Positions 46,760 to 54,947 of a stretch of DNA of 64,000 nt are shown here, in pieces. Numbering within the stretch: the stretch's first letter is position 1; each line of letters opens with the position of its first letter. Made by a program: the position numbers and the translations under genes. The stretch is from an uncultured Gammaproteobacteria bacterium (GTDB lineage: Bacteria; Patescibacteriota; Patescibacteriia; Magasanikbacterales; GWA2-37-8), in NCBI GenBank assembly GCA_964641245.1, contig CAZXML010000004.1, positions 5,418 through 69,417 of the forward strand. Direction: 5' to 3'. The notes under the pieces were generated by a model. That model was given only the letters and a program-made list of their open reading frames with translations. It was not told where the DNA came from and searched no databases.

Positions 46760-49021
46760 ATGGTTTTAGGAGGAAAAATTGCGAAGTTAATATTGTTAAT
46801 AGTAGCAACACTTTTTTTGGTGAAGCCGGTTTTTGCGTCCACCACCGACGGCACTATCAGTACAGGAAACGCCTGGAGCGCAAAAATTGGCTGGATAAAT
46901 TTTGCCGCCGCCAACGGCAACGCGCATGTCACAGATTCACAATTAACCGGTTATGTTTGGAACAGTCTTTATGGCTGGATTAAATTAAACCCCGCCAACA
47001 GCGGAGTTACAAATAACTCCGAAGGCGCCTTGTCGGGAAGCGCCTGGGGAGAAAATATCGGCTGGATAGATTTTTCCGGAGTAACTATTCTTGCCAGCGG
47101 AGTTTTTTCCGGCGCGGCCAGCGGCGACAATACCGGGTCTGTAAATTTTAGCTGCGCAAATTGTTTGGTGCAAACCGATTGGCGTCCGGCCAGTTCGCGA
47201 GTCGTCCCTGTCGGCGGCGCCACTCTGCCTCCCGCCGCCGGTTCTCCGCCAGTGGCGCCTTATTTAATTATTTTAAATAACGGCGCGCCGCAAACCAACT
47301 CAAGTACCATAATTATTACTCTGCGCGGAAGCGCGGACACCTCTTATGCCTGGGTGGCGGAGGATTCTTTGTTTACCAATAATCCTACGCGGGTAGATTT
47401 TAGTCCCGCAGTCATGGAAGTAAACATTCCGTTTGTTTTAAGTTCCGGCGAAGGTCAAAAAACTATCTACGCGAAATTTTGCAATCAGTGGGGGACATGC
47501 AGCGGTTTAATTTCCAATTCCATTTTATATACAGTTGTAATCGCTCCGCCGCCACCGGTAATTTCCCCAATTTCTCCAATTTCCTTACCATCCACAACCG
47601 TCGGCCAAATCATAGACCAGGTCAAAGGCGTAGTCGGGCAAATTTTATCCAGAATATTTCCGGTTAAAGTAATAACGGCTCCGCTTGCAAAATTATATTC
47701 CGAAGCCAAGCTTTGGTTCCCGTACTGGTTTAAAGCGCCGCCGGTGGAACAAATTCCGATTGAGCGTTTTGTATCCAAGAAAACCCCTTTTGCTTTTAGA
47801 GGCAAATGGAATTACCTTGACCCCAAGCCAATCAATAGATTCGTATTCGCTCCTTTGCCAAAAGAATTTTTGGCTTTAACCAACAAATTTCCGCAGTTAA
47901 AAAATATTTTACAGCAGGTTGGTATTGATCGTCTAAGCGATATAGAAAAATTAAAATCCGTCCAAATGTATTTGCCCAGTTTAACGCGCGCCATTACTTT
48001 TAGCGCGCCAAAAATAATCCCCGGTCAAATTGACGGGCAAACAACCACGCTTCCTTCAGGCCAAATATTAGCCGGCCAATTTGCCGAAGAAAAAGCCATT
48101 CCTATCGGCGATTTAACTCCGAATCTTAAAGATAAAATACCAACCGACGTAGTGTTCGCGCGCGCGTCCGGCCAGCTGGTAGATTTCAAAATAGCCTTGT
48201 CATTAACTGCCAAAAACCGGCCCGAGCAAAAAATTTCTACCATCTCCGGAAAGACTCTGTCGCTTACCGTTAGGCCGGAATTCCCGGCTAAACGCGTCCG
48301 CGGTTTTTTGGTGTTTAGATCAAAATCACCGCAGGCCAGAGCGGAAATGCCGCTGGCTAATTTAATAAATTCATTAATTTTTGCCCAACCGGCCTTTGCC
48401 TACACCCAAGAACAGCCGGTAGAAGTAGAAGAAAAGCTGGTTTTGTTGGAATTTGAATATACCGATCCGGATGGCGATGGTATTTATAACGCCGAAATTC
48501 AAGCGCCAATCCCGACCGGAGAATACGAAATTATTACGGTTATAGATTATGTGGATCCGGAAATGGGAATAAAACAAATCCGATTAATTACCGTGATTGA
48601 TCCGGAAGGTTATGTCTTTGAAAAAGTAGGTGATAAAGAATTGCGCATCCCCGGAGCCGTTGCTACTCTTTATCATTTTAATCCGGAAACAAAAGCCTAC
48701 GAAGTCTGGCCGGCCAAAGATTTCCAGCAAGACAACCCGCAAGTTACCGGCTTAAGCGGCAGTTATTCATTCCTGGTACCGGGCGGAACCTACTCTATAA
48801 AAATAGAGGCTCCCGGTTATCTTACCTACGAAGGCAAGCCGTTTATAGTAGAAGAGGGAAGCGGTGTTCATGCCAACATAGAATTAAAAGCCCAGTATTG
48901 GTGGTTAAAAGTCCTAGATTGGAAAACCGCGCTCCTAATTTTGGTGGCCATGTTATTGTTATGGAATTTTTATAAAGACAGGCGGAGGGAGAAAGCTGAA
49001 ATTAAGAAATTGGGAAATTAG
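46760..49021 (+). CDS. Large surface protein (GxAW..IGWI repeats, Ig/carboxypeptidase-regulatory-like domain, C-terminal TM)
   Basis: Signal peptide; GNAWSAKIGWI, GYVWNSLYGWI, GSAWGENIGWI; NPQVT..GSYSFLVPGGTY. Confidence 0.75.
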   Translation: MVLGGKIAKLILLIVATLFLVKPVFASTTDGTISTGNAWSAKIGWINFAAANGNAHVTDSQLTGYVWNSLYGWIKLNPANSGVTNNSEGALSGSAWGENIGWIDFSGVTILASGVFSGAASGDNTGSVNFSCANCLVQTDWRPASSRVVPVGGATLPPAAGSPPVAPYLIILNNGAPQTNSSTIIITLRGSADTSYAWVAEDSLFTNNPTRVDFSPAVMEVNIPFVLSSGEGQKTIYAKFCNQWGTCSGLISNSILYTVVIAPPPPVISPISPISLPSTTVGQIIDQVKGVVGQILSRIFPVKVITAPLAKLYSEAKLWFPYWFKAPPVEQIPIERFVSKKTPFAFRGKWNYLDPKPINRFVFAPLPKEFLALTNKFPQLKNILQQVGIDRLSDIEKLKSVQMYLPSLTRAITFSAPKIIPGQIDGQTTTLPSGQILAGQFAEEKAIPIGDLTPNLKDKIPTDVVFARASGQLVDFKIALSLTAKNRPEQKISTISGKTLSLTVRPEFPAKRVRGFLVFRSKSPQARAEMPLANLINSLIFAQPAFAYTQEQPVEVEEKLVLLEFEYTDPDGDGIYNAEIQAPIPTGEYEIITVIDYVDPEMGIKQIRLITVIDPEGYVFEKVGDKELRIPGAVATLYHFNPETKAYEVWPAKDFQQDNPQVTGLSGSYSFLVPGGTYSIKIEAPGYLTYEGKPFIVEEGSGVHANIELKAQYWWLKVLDWKTALLILVAMLLLWNFYKDRRREKAEIKKLGN

Positions 49022-49027
49022 GAAATT
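48998..49027 (+). repeat. Family C octamer array, left flank of the four-helix-bundle gene
   Basis: GAAATTAA GAAATTGG GAAATTAG GAAATT then ATG. Confidence 0.85.
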
Positions 49028-49411
49028 ATGAATAGTACTGTTTATGTAATGTTGGAGAATCTGGATGTTTATAAATTAGCGCGTGATTATTCCAGAAGAG
49101 GCTGGGAAATGTACGAAAAATTTGATTGGCAGCAAAGAAAAGTTATTGGTGATCAGGCTATTACAAGTATTGATTCGGTTGGCGCAAACATCGCGGAAGG
49201 CTATGGCAGATTCCACTACTTGGATAAAAATAAGTTTTATTACATTGCCCGCGGTTCATTATTCGAATCAAAGCATTGGTTGGAATTGCTAAAAGAAAGA
49301 AAACTTGTATCCGAAGAGAAATATGCGGAAATGCTGGAAGTACATAAGAATATATTGTTAAAACTTAATTTATTAATTAAATCACAATTAAATCAAAAAA
49401 GTATTTCTTAA
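49028..49411 (+). CDS. Four helix bundle protein (23S rRNA-IVS protein / Avd-like family)
   Basis: LDVYKLA..DQ..SVGANIAEGYGR..FYYIARGSLFE..WL signature. Confidence 0.9.
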   Translation: MNSTVYVMLENLDVYKLARDYSRRGWEMYEKFDWQQRKVIGDQAITSIDSVGANIAEGYGRFHYLDKNKFYYIARGSLFESKHWLELLKERKLVSEEKYAEMLEVHKNILLKLNLLIKSQLNQKSIS

Positions 49412-49490
49412 TTTCCAAATCATCGACTTGTTTATTTCGCAATCATTAATTTCATAATTTCTTAATCATTTTTAATTATTTCTTAATTTC
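49403..49490 (+). repeat. Family C complementary array, right flank of the four-helix-bundle gene
   Basis: ATTTCTTA ATTTCCAA .. ATTTCATA ATTTCTTA .. ATTTCTTA ATTTC, reverse complement of the left flank. Confidence 0.8.
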
Positions 49491-49498
49491 AAACGCGT

Positions 49499-49873
49499 AT
49501 GAAATCAAAAGCATATTGGGTGGTAATATTTCTGGTCATGTTTGGAACCAGCGTACTTTTTGGCCTGCTGTATTTTCAAACCAACAAAGAATTGCAAGGC
49601 ACAAAAATAGCGCTGTCTACCCAGCGTTATAACGCCAAGTACCTGGATTTTCTAAAAATGTTTATCAGACTGGTTATAAAATCCGACAAAGAAGTGGATT
49701 TTGAAACGCGTTTGAAATTGGAAAACAACATCCGCGAGCTTTCCGCCGAATATAATGACCCGGAAATTTTGCTCCAATGGCAAAAGTTTGTGGCCTCTAC
49801 CAACGAATTCGAAGCGCAAAAAAACGTCAAAGATTTACTGGCCATGCTGGTGGATAAGACATATCTTAAATAA
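49499..49873 (+). CDS. Hypothetical single-TM protein
   Basis: 124-aa ORF, N-terminal TM, VDFETRLKLEN. Confidence 0.7.
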   Translation: MKSKAYWVVIFLVMFGTSVLFGLLYFQTNKELQGTKIALSTQRYNAKYLDFLKMFIRLVIKSDKEVDFETRLKLENNIRELSAEYNDPEILLQWQKFVASTNEFEAQKNVKDLLAMLVDKTYLK

Positions 49874-49962
49874 ATTTGATATTAATACACAGCTACTGGG
49901 GATAAGTCTGTTTGACTAAAGAAAAAACATGAAATTTGTGGTATAATAATGGAGACAGTTAT

Positions 49963-52900
49963 ATGCTAACCTTAGGAAAAAGAAAACTTTTTAAAATTTT
50001 AGAAATATCCTCTATTTTTGTCGGTGTCATCATGGCGCTTTATTATTTTTATCCGGTTTTTGCCGCTCCTCCTACTACTCCATACGCGCCCGGCGAAACC
50101 ACCGATCCCGCTTGTACTCCCGGCAGTACTAATTGTACAGTTTACCCGCCTCTCACCACCACCCTCACCACTTCCACGGCCATTACTATGGCCACATCTG
50201 CTTTACGGTTTGCTTACGACTCTACAAATTATACCGCCCTCACAGTGGCCGCAGATGGCGCGCTCACGGTCAGTTCCACCGGCGGTGTCACCACTACTTT
50301 TGCCAATAAAATTTCGGTTTTAGCCAATTCATATTTCTCCACTATTTCCAGTGGCACCTGGAATGGTAGTGTTATTGGCGTTGCTTATGGCGGCACCAAC
50401 AGTTCCACCATTGGCCCAGCCGGCTCTGTCGCATATTCTAACGCCAGCAGTTACTTGTTTACCGCCGCCGGTACAGCCGGACAAATTTTGCAGGCCAATG
50501 GCACCGGCGCTCCTACTTGGATAAATACCAGCACCATGGGATTTGTTAATCTGCAGGGCGTTACGTCCGGTACGCAACAAACTGGAAATTTTAATATTAG
50601 CGGCACTGGCCTTATCGGCGCCGCTCTGGGCATCAACACCACTAGCCCCATCGCAAGTTTATCAGTGCAAGGAACGGGAACAAAAAACCCTTTCACTATC
50701 GTTTCTTCAACCAATGGGTCAATGTTGACTGTTTTGACGAACGGGAATGTTGGGATTGGCACTTCCACCCCTTCTGAAAAACTTCAGGTGGTGGGAAATA
50801 TTTCGAATGTGATTGATTCTAACACCACTTTTTCATCTTCCATCGCCACTGTAGGCACAAGTCCTTATGATATCTTTGTTTCCGGCCGCTACGCCTACGT
50901 GACAAATTATGGCGGAGGTACCCTTTCAATCGTAGATGTAACCGACCCTTTAAGACCTTCAGAAATCTCAACTGTTAGTGTAGGCACAAGCCCTTATTCG
51001 GTTTATGTCTCCGGTCACTATGCTTATACAGCAAATTATAACGCTGGTACTATTTCCGTCGTTGATGTTTCTAATCACGCTGTTCCTAAAATAGCTGCTA
51101 CTTTTAGTATATCTAAACCTGCGGGAATTTATGTCTCCGGTCGCTATGCTTATGTGACTAATTTTGATTCCAGTACCATTTCAGTTGTAGATGTATCCAA
51201 CCCCCTTAGCCTTGCTTTTGTTGCGAGCACTACCGCAGGAACGAACCCTCTTCAGATTTATGTGCAAGGAAATTATGCGTATGTGGCTAATAGGGGTAGC
51301 AGTTACATCTCAATAATAGATATTTCTAATCCTTCTGCCCCTCGCAACGTTGCCAATCCGGTTGTGGGTATATCCCCTCACGATATACACGTTTCTGGCC
51401 GTTATGCTTATGTTTCAGTATTGGAAAATGATAATTTTGCAGTTGTAGATATTTCTAATCCAAACGTTCCTGTGGTGGTAACTAGCACCCCTGCAAGCAG
51501 TGGACTGGGCGGTTATGCTTTGTACGTTTCTGGCCGTTACGCTTATGTGACCAGGAGCGCTTCAAGCACTTTAGCTGTTATAGATATTTCTAATTCATCC
51601 ACCCCCGTTTTAGCCGCCACAATTCCTGTATCCCCAGGCCCTGGCGGTGTTTATGTTTCCGGTCGCTACGCCTATGTGACAAATTATAGCGGCAGCAGTA
51701 TTACCGTCATCGACATCTCCGGCACCGAGGTCACTTCACTCATCGCCCACAGCGCCGAGGTGGGGAATCTGCAATCCCGAAACGACATTTTTGCCGAAGG
51801 AAATATAATGGCCGGCACTTCGCTGTCGGTTGGTGCTGGAGGTATTATGTCCCAAGGCGCATTGTCTGTCTTTGCTTCTTCTACCGATGCCACATCTTCT
51901 ATTTTCAATGTTTCATCCGCCCAGACATCAAATATATTTAATGTTTTTGCGAATGGAAAAATTGGTATTGGTAGTTCCACTCCGTCAACACTATTGGTCG
52001 TAAATGGAACTTCTACGATGAACGGATTACAGATTTTAAATAGGGGTTCAGCGGCTGTTCCTGCTCTGGCTATTGGCACAGCTACAGATGGTATTTATCA
52101 GCGAACCGCTACCACTTTGAACATTACCACCAATGGCGCGATTACAGCCGAATTTTATAACGGTTCAATATCAACAAACGACTTAAAAGTAAGTGCGATA
52201 TACAATGGAAGTACTGCGGGAAGCAGTGGTGGAGGTGTCATTGATTTAACCACAGTAGGATTAACTCTGGGGATTGATGGGAACGCTGCAATTTTGAATA
52301 TTAAAAATAATGTGGTCGGCATAAATACTACCACCATAAACTCCACCCTCACAGTGCAGGGCACGGATAGCATCAATCCATTTTCTATCCTTTCCTCCAC
52401 CACAGCTTCTCTGCTCACCGTTCTCACCAACGGCAATATTGGCGTCAACTCATCTAGTCCTATTGCAACTTTGGCAGTACAAGGAAATTACGGAACAAAT
52501 CCTTTTTCTATAAACTCCTCAACTGGAGCAACTATGTTAAACGTTCAAACTAATGGAACAGTTAATGTGGGAATGGGAGCTCTTTCTATTAGACACAACA
52601 ACGCTGTTACTAACAACGCAGTTTTTACTGCTGGTTCATCTGGTAGTGGGTACTTCAATGTTTGTAATGACGGCTGGTGTACTGGATTTGGAGGTGACGC
52701 GCCTGTTGCAGTCACCACTGGGTTTCAGCTTTATGGCGCGGCTCCCATCATTTTTGAGGGGAGTACTGACAATTCATTTGAAACTCGTTTGAATGTTGTC
52801 GAACCTACAGCCGACCGAACTGTTCTACTTCAAAATTTAAGCGGGACGGTTGTTATCACTGAATTAACTACCAATAATGTCGGCCTCGGCACCACCACCC

Positions 52901-53940
52901 CGCAAGCAAAACTAACTATCCAAAGCACCAGCTCCAATCCTTTTTCCATCGTAACTTCAACTGCAGGGGCCGAATCTATGTTCATTGTTTTGACGAATGG
53001 GAATGTTGGTATCGGAAGTTCCACCCCTTCCTATAACTTTGTTTCTACTGGTACGGCTGCTTTAGCAAATCTCCCCTCCGGCGCTCTTTCTGATATTCTT
53101 GTTTGCTGGACTACAGACGGACAATTAACCAGGCAAGCCACCAACTGCACTGTTTCATCTGCTCGTTTCAAAGAAAATATCCAATCTCTATCATCGGATA
53201 AACTAATGGAAAAAGTTCAAAAACTAAGAGTGGTTAGTTTTGATTACAAGTCTAATGGACAACCGAGCGAGGGTTTTATCGCCGAAGAAATTGCCCTAAT
53301 AGACCCAATGCTGGTTGTTTATACCGATAGTTACACTCCGGAAGATCTGGCTTTTGAACAGGCTAATTATCCAAGTTCAACCTTATATAAAGACGGTAAA
53401 ATATTAATTCCGCAAACAGTTGATTATTCCCGAATCTCGGTTCTTCTTACCGGCGCATTGCAAGATATAGATGCCAGATTGACCGCTTATGTTGCTTCAG
53501 CAGAGTTAATGTCTTCGGTATTCAGTATTGATGTAGCGGATATTAGCAACGACATGCCAAACTTTGCCACTGTAATTTTGGACAAATTTACTTTGGCTGT
53601 AAAAAATAGCTTAAGAAAATTGGGCCTGCTGATAAAAGATGGCGTGGCCATGGTAAAAGAATTGGTGGCGGATAAAGTGAAGACTAACCAGTTGTGCGTC
53701 GGCCAGACTTGTATAAACGAACAGCAATTGCAAGATATTTTGAGTAAAACTCAAACTCAAGCCACTCCGGTACCTGTCATCCCGAGCGAGGTCGTAGCCG
53801 ACGAGGGATTTTTGTCCACCACAACACAGGATTCTAACGTACCTGACACAACTCCAGCAACTGTCTCTGAAGAAACTCTAAGCTCTACGCTTCCAACCGT
53901 TCCCGATGAATCAGCTGATATAGTCACTTCAACTCCATAG
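49963..53940 (+). CDS. Giant surface protein with LVIVD beta-propeller repeats, GNVGIGT fibre repeats and an S74-like intramolecular chaperone domain
   Basis: About 7 VSGRYAYV..VVDISNP repeats; repeated NGNVGIGTSTP; SSARFKENI..GFIAEEI..VDYSRI. Confidence 0.8.
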   Translation: MLTLGKRKLFKILEISSIFVGVIMALYYFYPVFAAPPTTPYAPGETTDPACTPGSTNCTVYPPLTTTLTTSTAITMATSALRFAYDSTNYTALTVAADGALTVSSTGGVTTTFANKISVLANSYFSTISSGTWNGSVIGVAYGGTNSSTIGPAGSVAYSNASSYLFTAAGTAGQILQANGTGAPTWINTSTMGFVNLQGVTSGTQQTGNFNISGTGLIGAALGINTTSPIASLSVQGTGTKNPFTIVSSTNGSMLTVLTNGNVGIGTSTPSEKLQVVGNISNVIDSNTTFSSSIATVGTSPYDIFVSGRYAYVTNYGGGTLSIVDVTDPLRPSEISTVSVGTSPYSVYVSGHYAYTANYNAGTISVVDVSNHAVPKIAATFSISKPAGIYVSGRYAYVTNFDSSTISVVDVSNPLSLAFVASTTAGTNPLQIYVQGNYAYVANRGSSYISIIDISNPSAPRNVANPVVGISPHDIHVSGRYAYVSVLENDNFAVVDISNPNVPVVVTSTPASSGLGGYALYVSGRYAYVTRSASSTLAVIDISNSSTPVLAATIPVSPGPGGVYVSGRYAYVTNYSGSSITVIDISGTEVTSLIAHSAEVGNLQSRNDIFAEGNIMAGTSLSVGAGGIMSQGALSVFASSTDATSSIFNVSSAQTSNIFNVFANGKIGIGSSTPSTLLVVNGTSTMNGLQILNRGSAAVPALAIGTATDGIYQRTATTLNITTNGAITAEFYNGSISTNDLKVSAIYNGSTAGSSGGGVIDLTTVGLTLGIDGNAAILNIKNNVVGINTTTINSTLTVQGTDSINPFSILSSTTASLLTVLTNGNIGVNSSSPIATLAVQGNYGTNPFSINSSTGATMLNVQTNGTVNVGMGALSIRHNNAVTNNAVFTAGSSGSGYFNVCNDGWCTGFGGDAPVAVTTGFQLYGAAPIIFEGSTDNSFETRLNVVEPTADRTVLLQNLSGTVVITELTTNNVGLGTTTPQAKLTIQSTSSNPFSIVTSTAGAESMFIVLTNGNVGIGSSTPSYNFVSTGTAALANLPSGALSDILVCWTTDGQLTRQATNCTVSSARFKENIQSLSSDKLMEKVQKLRVVSFDYKSNGQPSEGFIAEEIALIDPMLVVYTDSYTPEDLAFEQANYPSSTLYKDGKILIPQTVDYSRISVLLTGALQDIDARLTAYVASAELMSSVFSIDVADISNDMPNFATVILDKFTLAVKNSLRKLGLLIKDGVAMVKELVADKVKTNQLCVGQTCINEQQLQDILSKTQTQATPVPVIPSEVVADEGFLSTTTQDSNVPDTTPATVSEETLSSTLPTVPDESADIVTSTP
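53775..53809 (+). repeat. Half family A2 element in frame in the surface-protein tail
   Basis: TGTCATCCCGAGCGAGGTCGTAGCCGACGAGGGAT = VIPSEVVADEG. Confidence 0.7.
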
Positions 53941-54020
53941 TTATTACGGATTTGCTATCGCAAAATGGTTGTGATAAAATAACGAAATCAAGCTAAATAT
54001 TTTATTCACTCATTTCGATT

Positions 54021-54386
54021 ATGGAAAAAGAGAAAGAGCCAACCATACAAGATGTCCTTGACGCCATGCATGCTTTTGCGGGCAATACGCAAGAGAGATT
54101 TGAGAAAATAGACGAGAGATTTGAGAATATAGATGAAAGATTTGATAAAATAGACGAGAGATTTGATAATCTGGAAAAAAATCTGCGTTTAGAAATCGGC
54201 AAAGCAAGAGATGAGGCGTTCGTGCATGCAGACAGAAAATCGGAAGAAGTAATTGTGGAGGTGGGTAAAATAATAAATAGACGCGCCGAACATGAAAATA
54301 AATTTAAGCATGAATTAGTTTCCGTCATGAAACGTAATTCTTTGTTAGGCGCCAAAGAGCTGAAACATCTGGAGCGGGCGATCTAA
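54021..54386 (+). CDS. Hypothetical coiled-coil protein with ERFDKID heptads
   Basis: Four 21-nt tandem units at 54093-54176. Confidence 0.7.
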   Translation: MEKEKEPTIQDVLDAMHAFAGNTQERFEKIDERFENIDERFDKIDERFDNLEKNLRLEIGKARDEAFVHADRKSEEVIVEVGKIINRRAEHENKFKHELVSVMKRNSLLGAKELKHLERAI

Positions 54387-54391
54387 TTGGT

Positions 54392-54694
54392 ATGCAAATC
54401 AAATTTAAAAAAGATCAAGTGCCTGATCCGGAAAAATTTATCCGCCGTTGCGGTTATGGCAAAATTATAGACCGCCGTATGAACAAAACCAGCTATGCCA
54501 AACGCATTCATCGCGATTTTTATCCGCGTTTTCACGTGTATATAAAAGTAGACGAAGAAAATGTTATTTTTGACTTGCATCTGGACCAAAAACGCCCTAT
54601 TTACGAAGGCGTCACCGCTCATTCCGGGGAATACGACGGCGAGGTGGTGGAAAGAGAAGGGGAGAGGATACGTTTGTCATTGCGACCCGCCTAG
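54392..54694 (+). CDS. Hypothetical protein
   Basis: RRCGY..YPRFHVY..LHLDQK..HSGEYDG; its end is supplied by a repeat element. Confidence 0.7.
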   Translation: MQIKFKKDQVPDPEKFIRRCGYGKIIDRRMNKTSYAKRIHRDFYPRFHVYIKVDEENVIFDLHLDQKRPIYEGVTAHSGEYDGEVVEREGERIRLSLRPA

Positions 54695-54768
54695 GCGGGG
54701 AAGCAATCCCCAAGTATGGCAGTGCTAACCATGGAATTGCCGCGTCGCTACTACTCCTCGCAATGACA
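54675..54768. repeat. Family A variant (TGTCATTGCGA...TCGCAATGACA)
   Basis: Terminal inverted repeats with an internal CCCGCCTAGGCGGG hairpin that contains the upstream gene's TAG. Confidence 0.8.
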
Positions 54769-54849
54769 CCGAACATCCTTGATTATTTGCGTAGATAATG
54801 ATAAAATAAGCAGGCTTAAAGGGGGCTTGTTTTTTTGTAATAAACTATA

Positions 54850-54942
54850 TAAGTATCAAGTATTACGTATTAAGTATTAAGCGCCAATTGTCTGGTCGTA
54901 CGATACCTAATACCTGATACCTAATACTTGATACCTAATACT
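54850..54942. repeat. Family C inverted heptamer array upstream of secA
   Basis: TAAGTAT CAAGTAT TACGTAT TAAGTAT .. GATACCT AATACCT GATACCT AATACTT GATACCT AATACT. Confidence 0.85.
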
Positions 54943-54947
54943 GATTT

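Noticed and set aside
49028-53940. Diversity-generating retroelement (Avd-like gene near a surface protein)
   Set aside because: No reverse transcriptase and no TR/VR pair differing at adenines was seen in the window.
49963-53940. Prophage
   Set aside because: Only a fibre-like protein with an export signal; no capsid, terminase, portal or integrase.
54093-54176. 21-nt tandem repeat as a DNA-level element
   Set aside because: Explained by coiled-coil heptads (ERFDKID); the same applies to 62095-62220.
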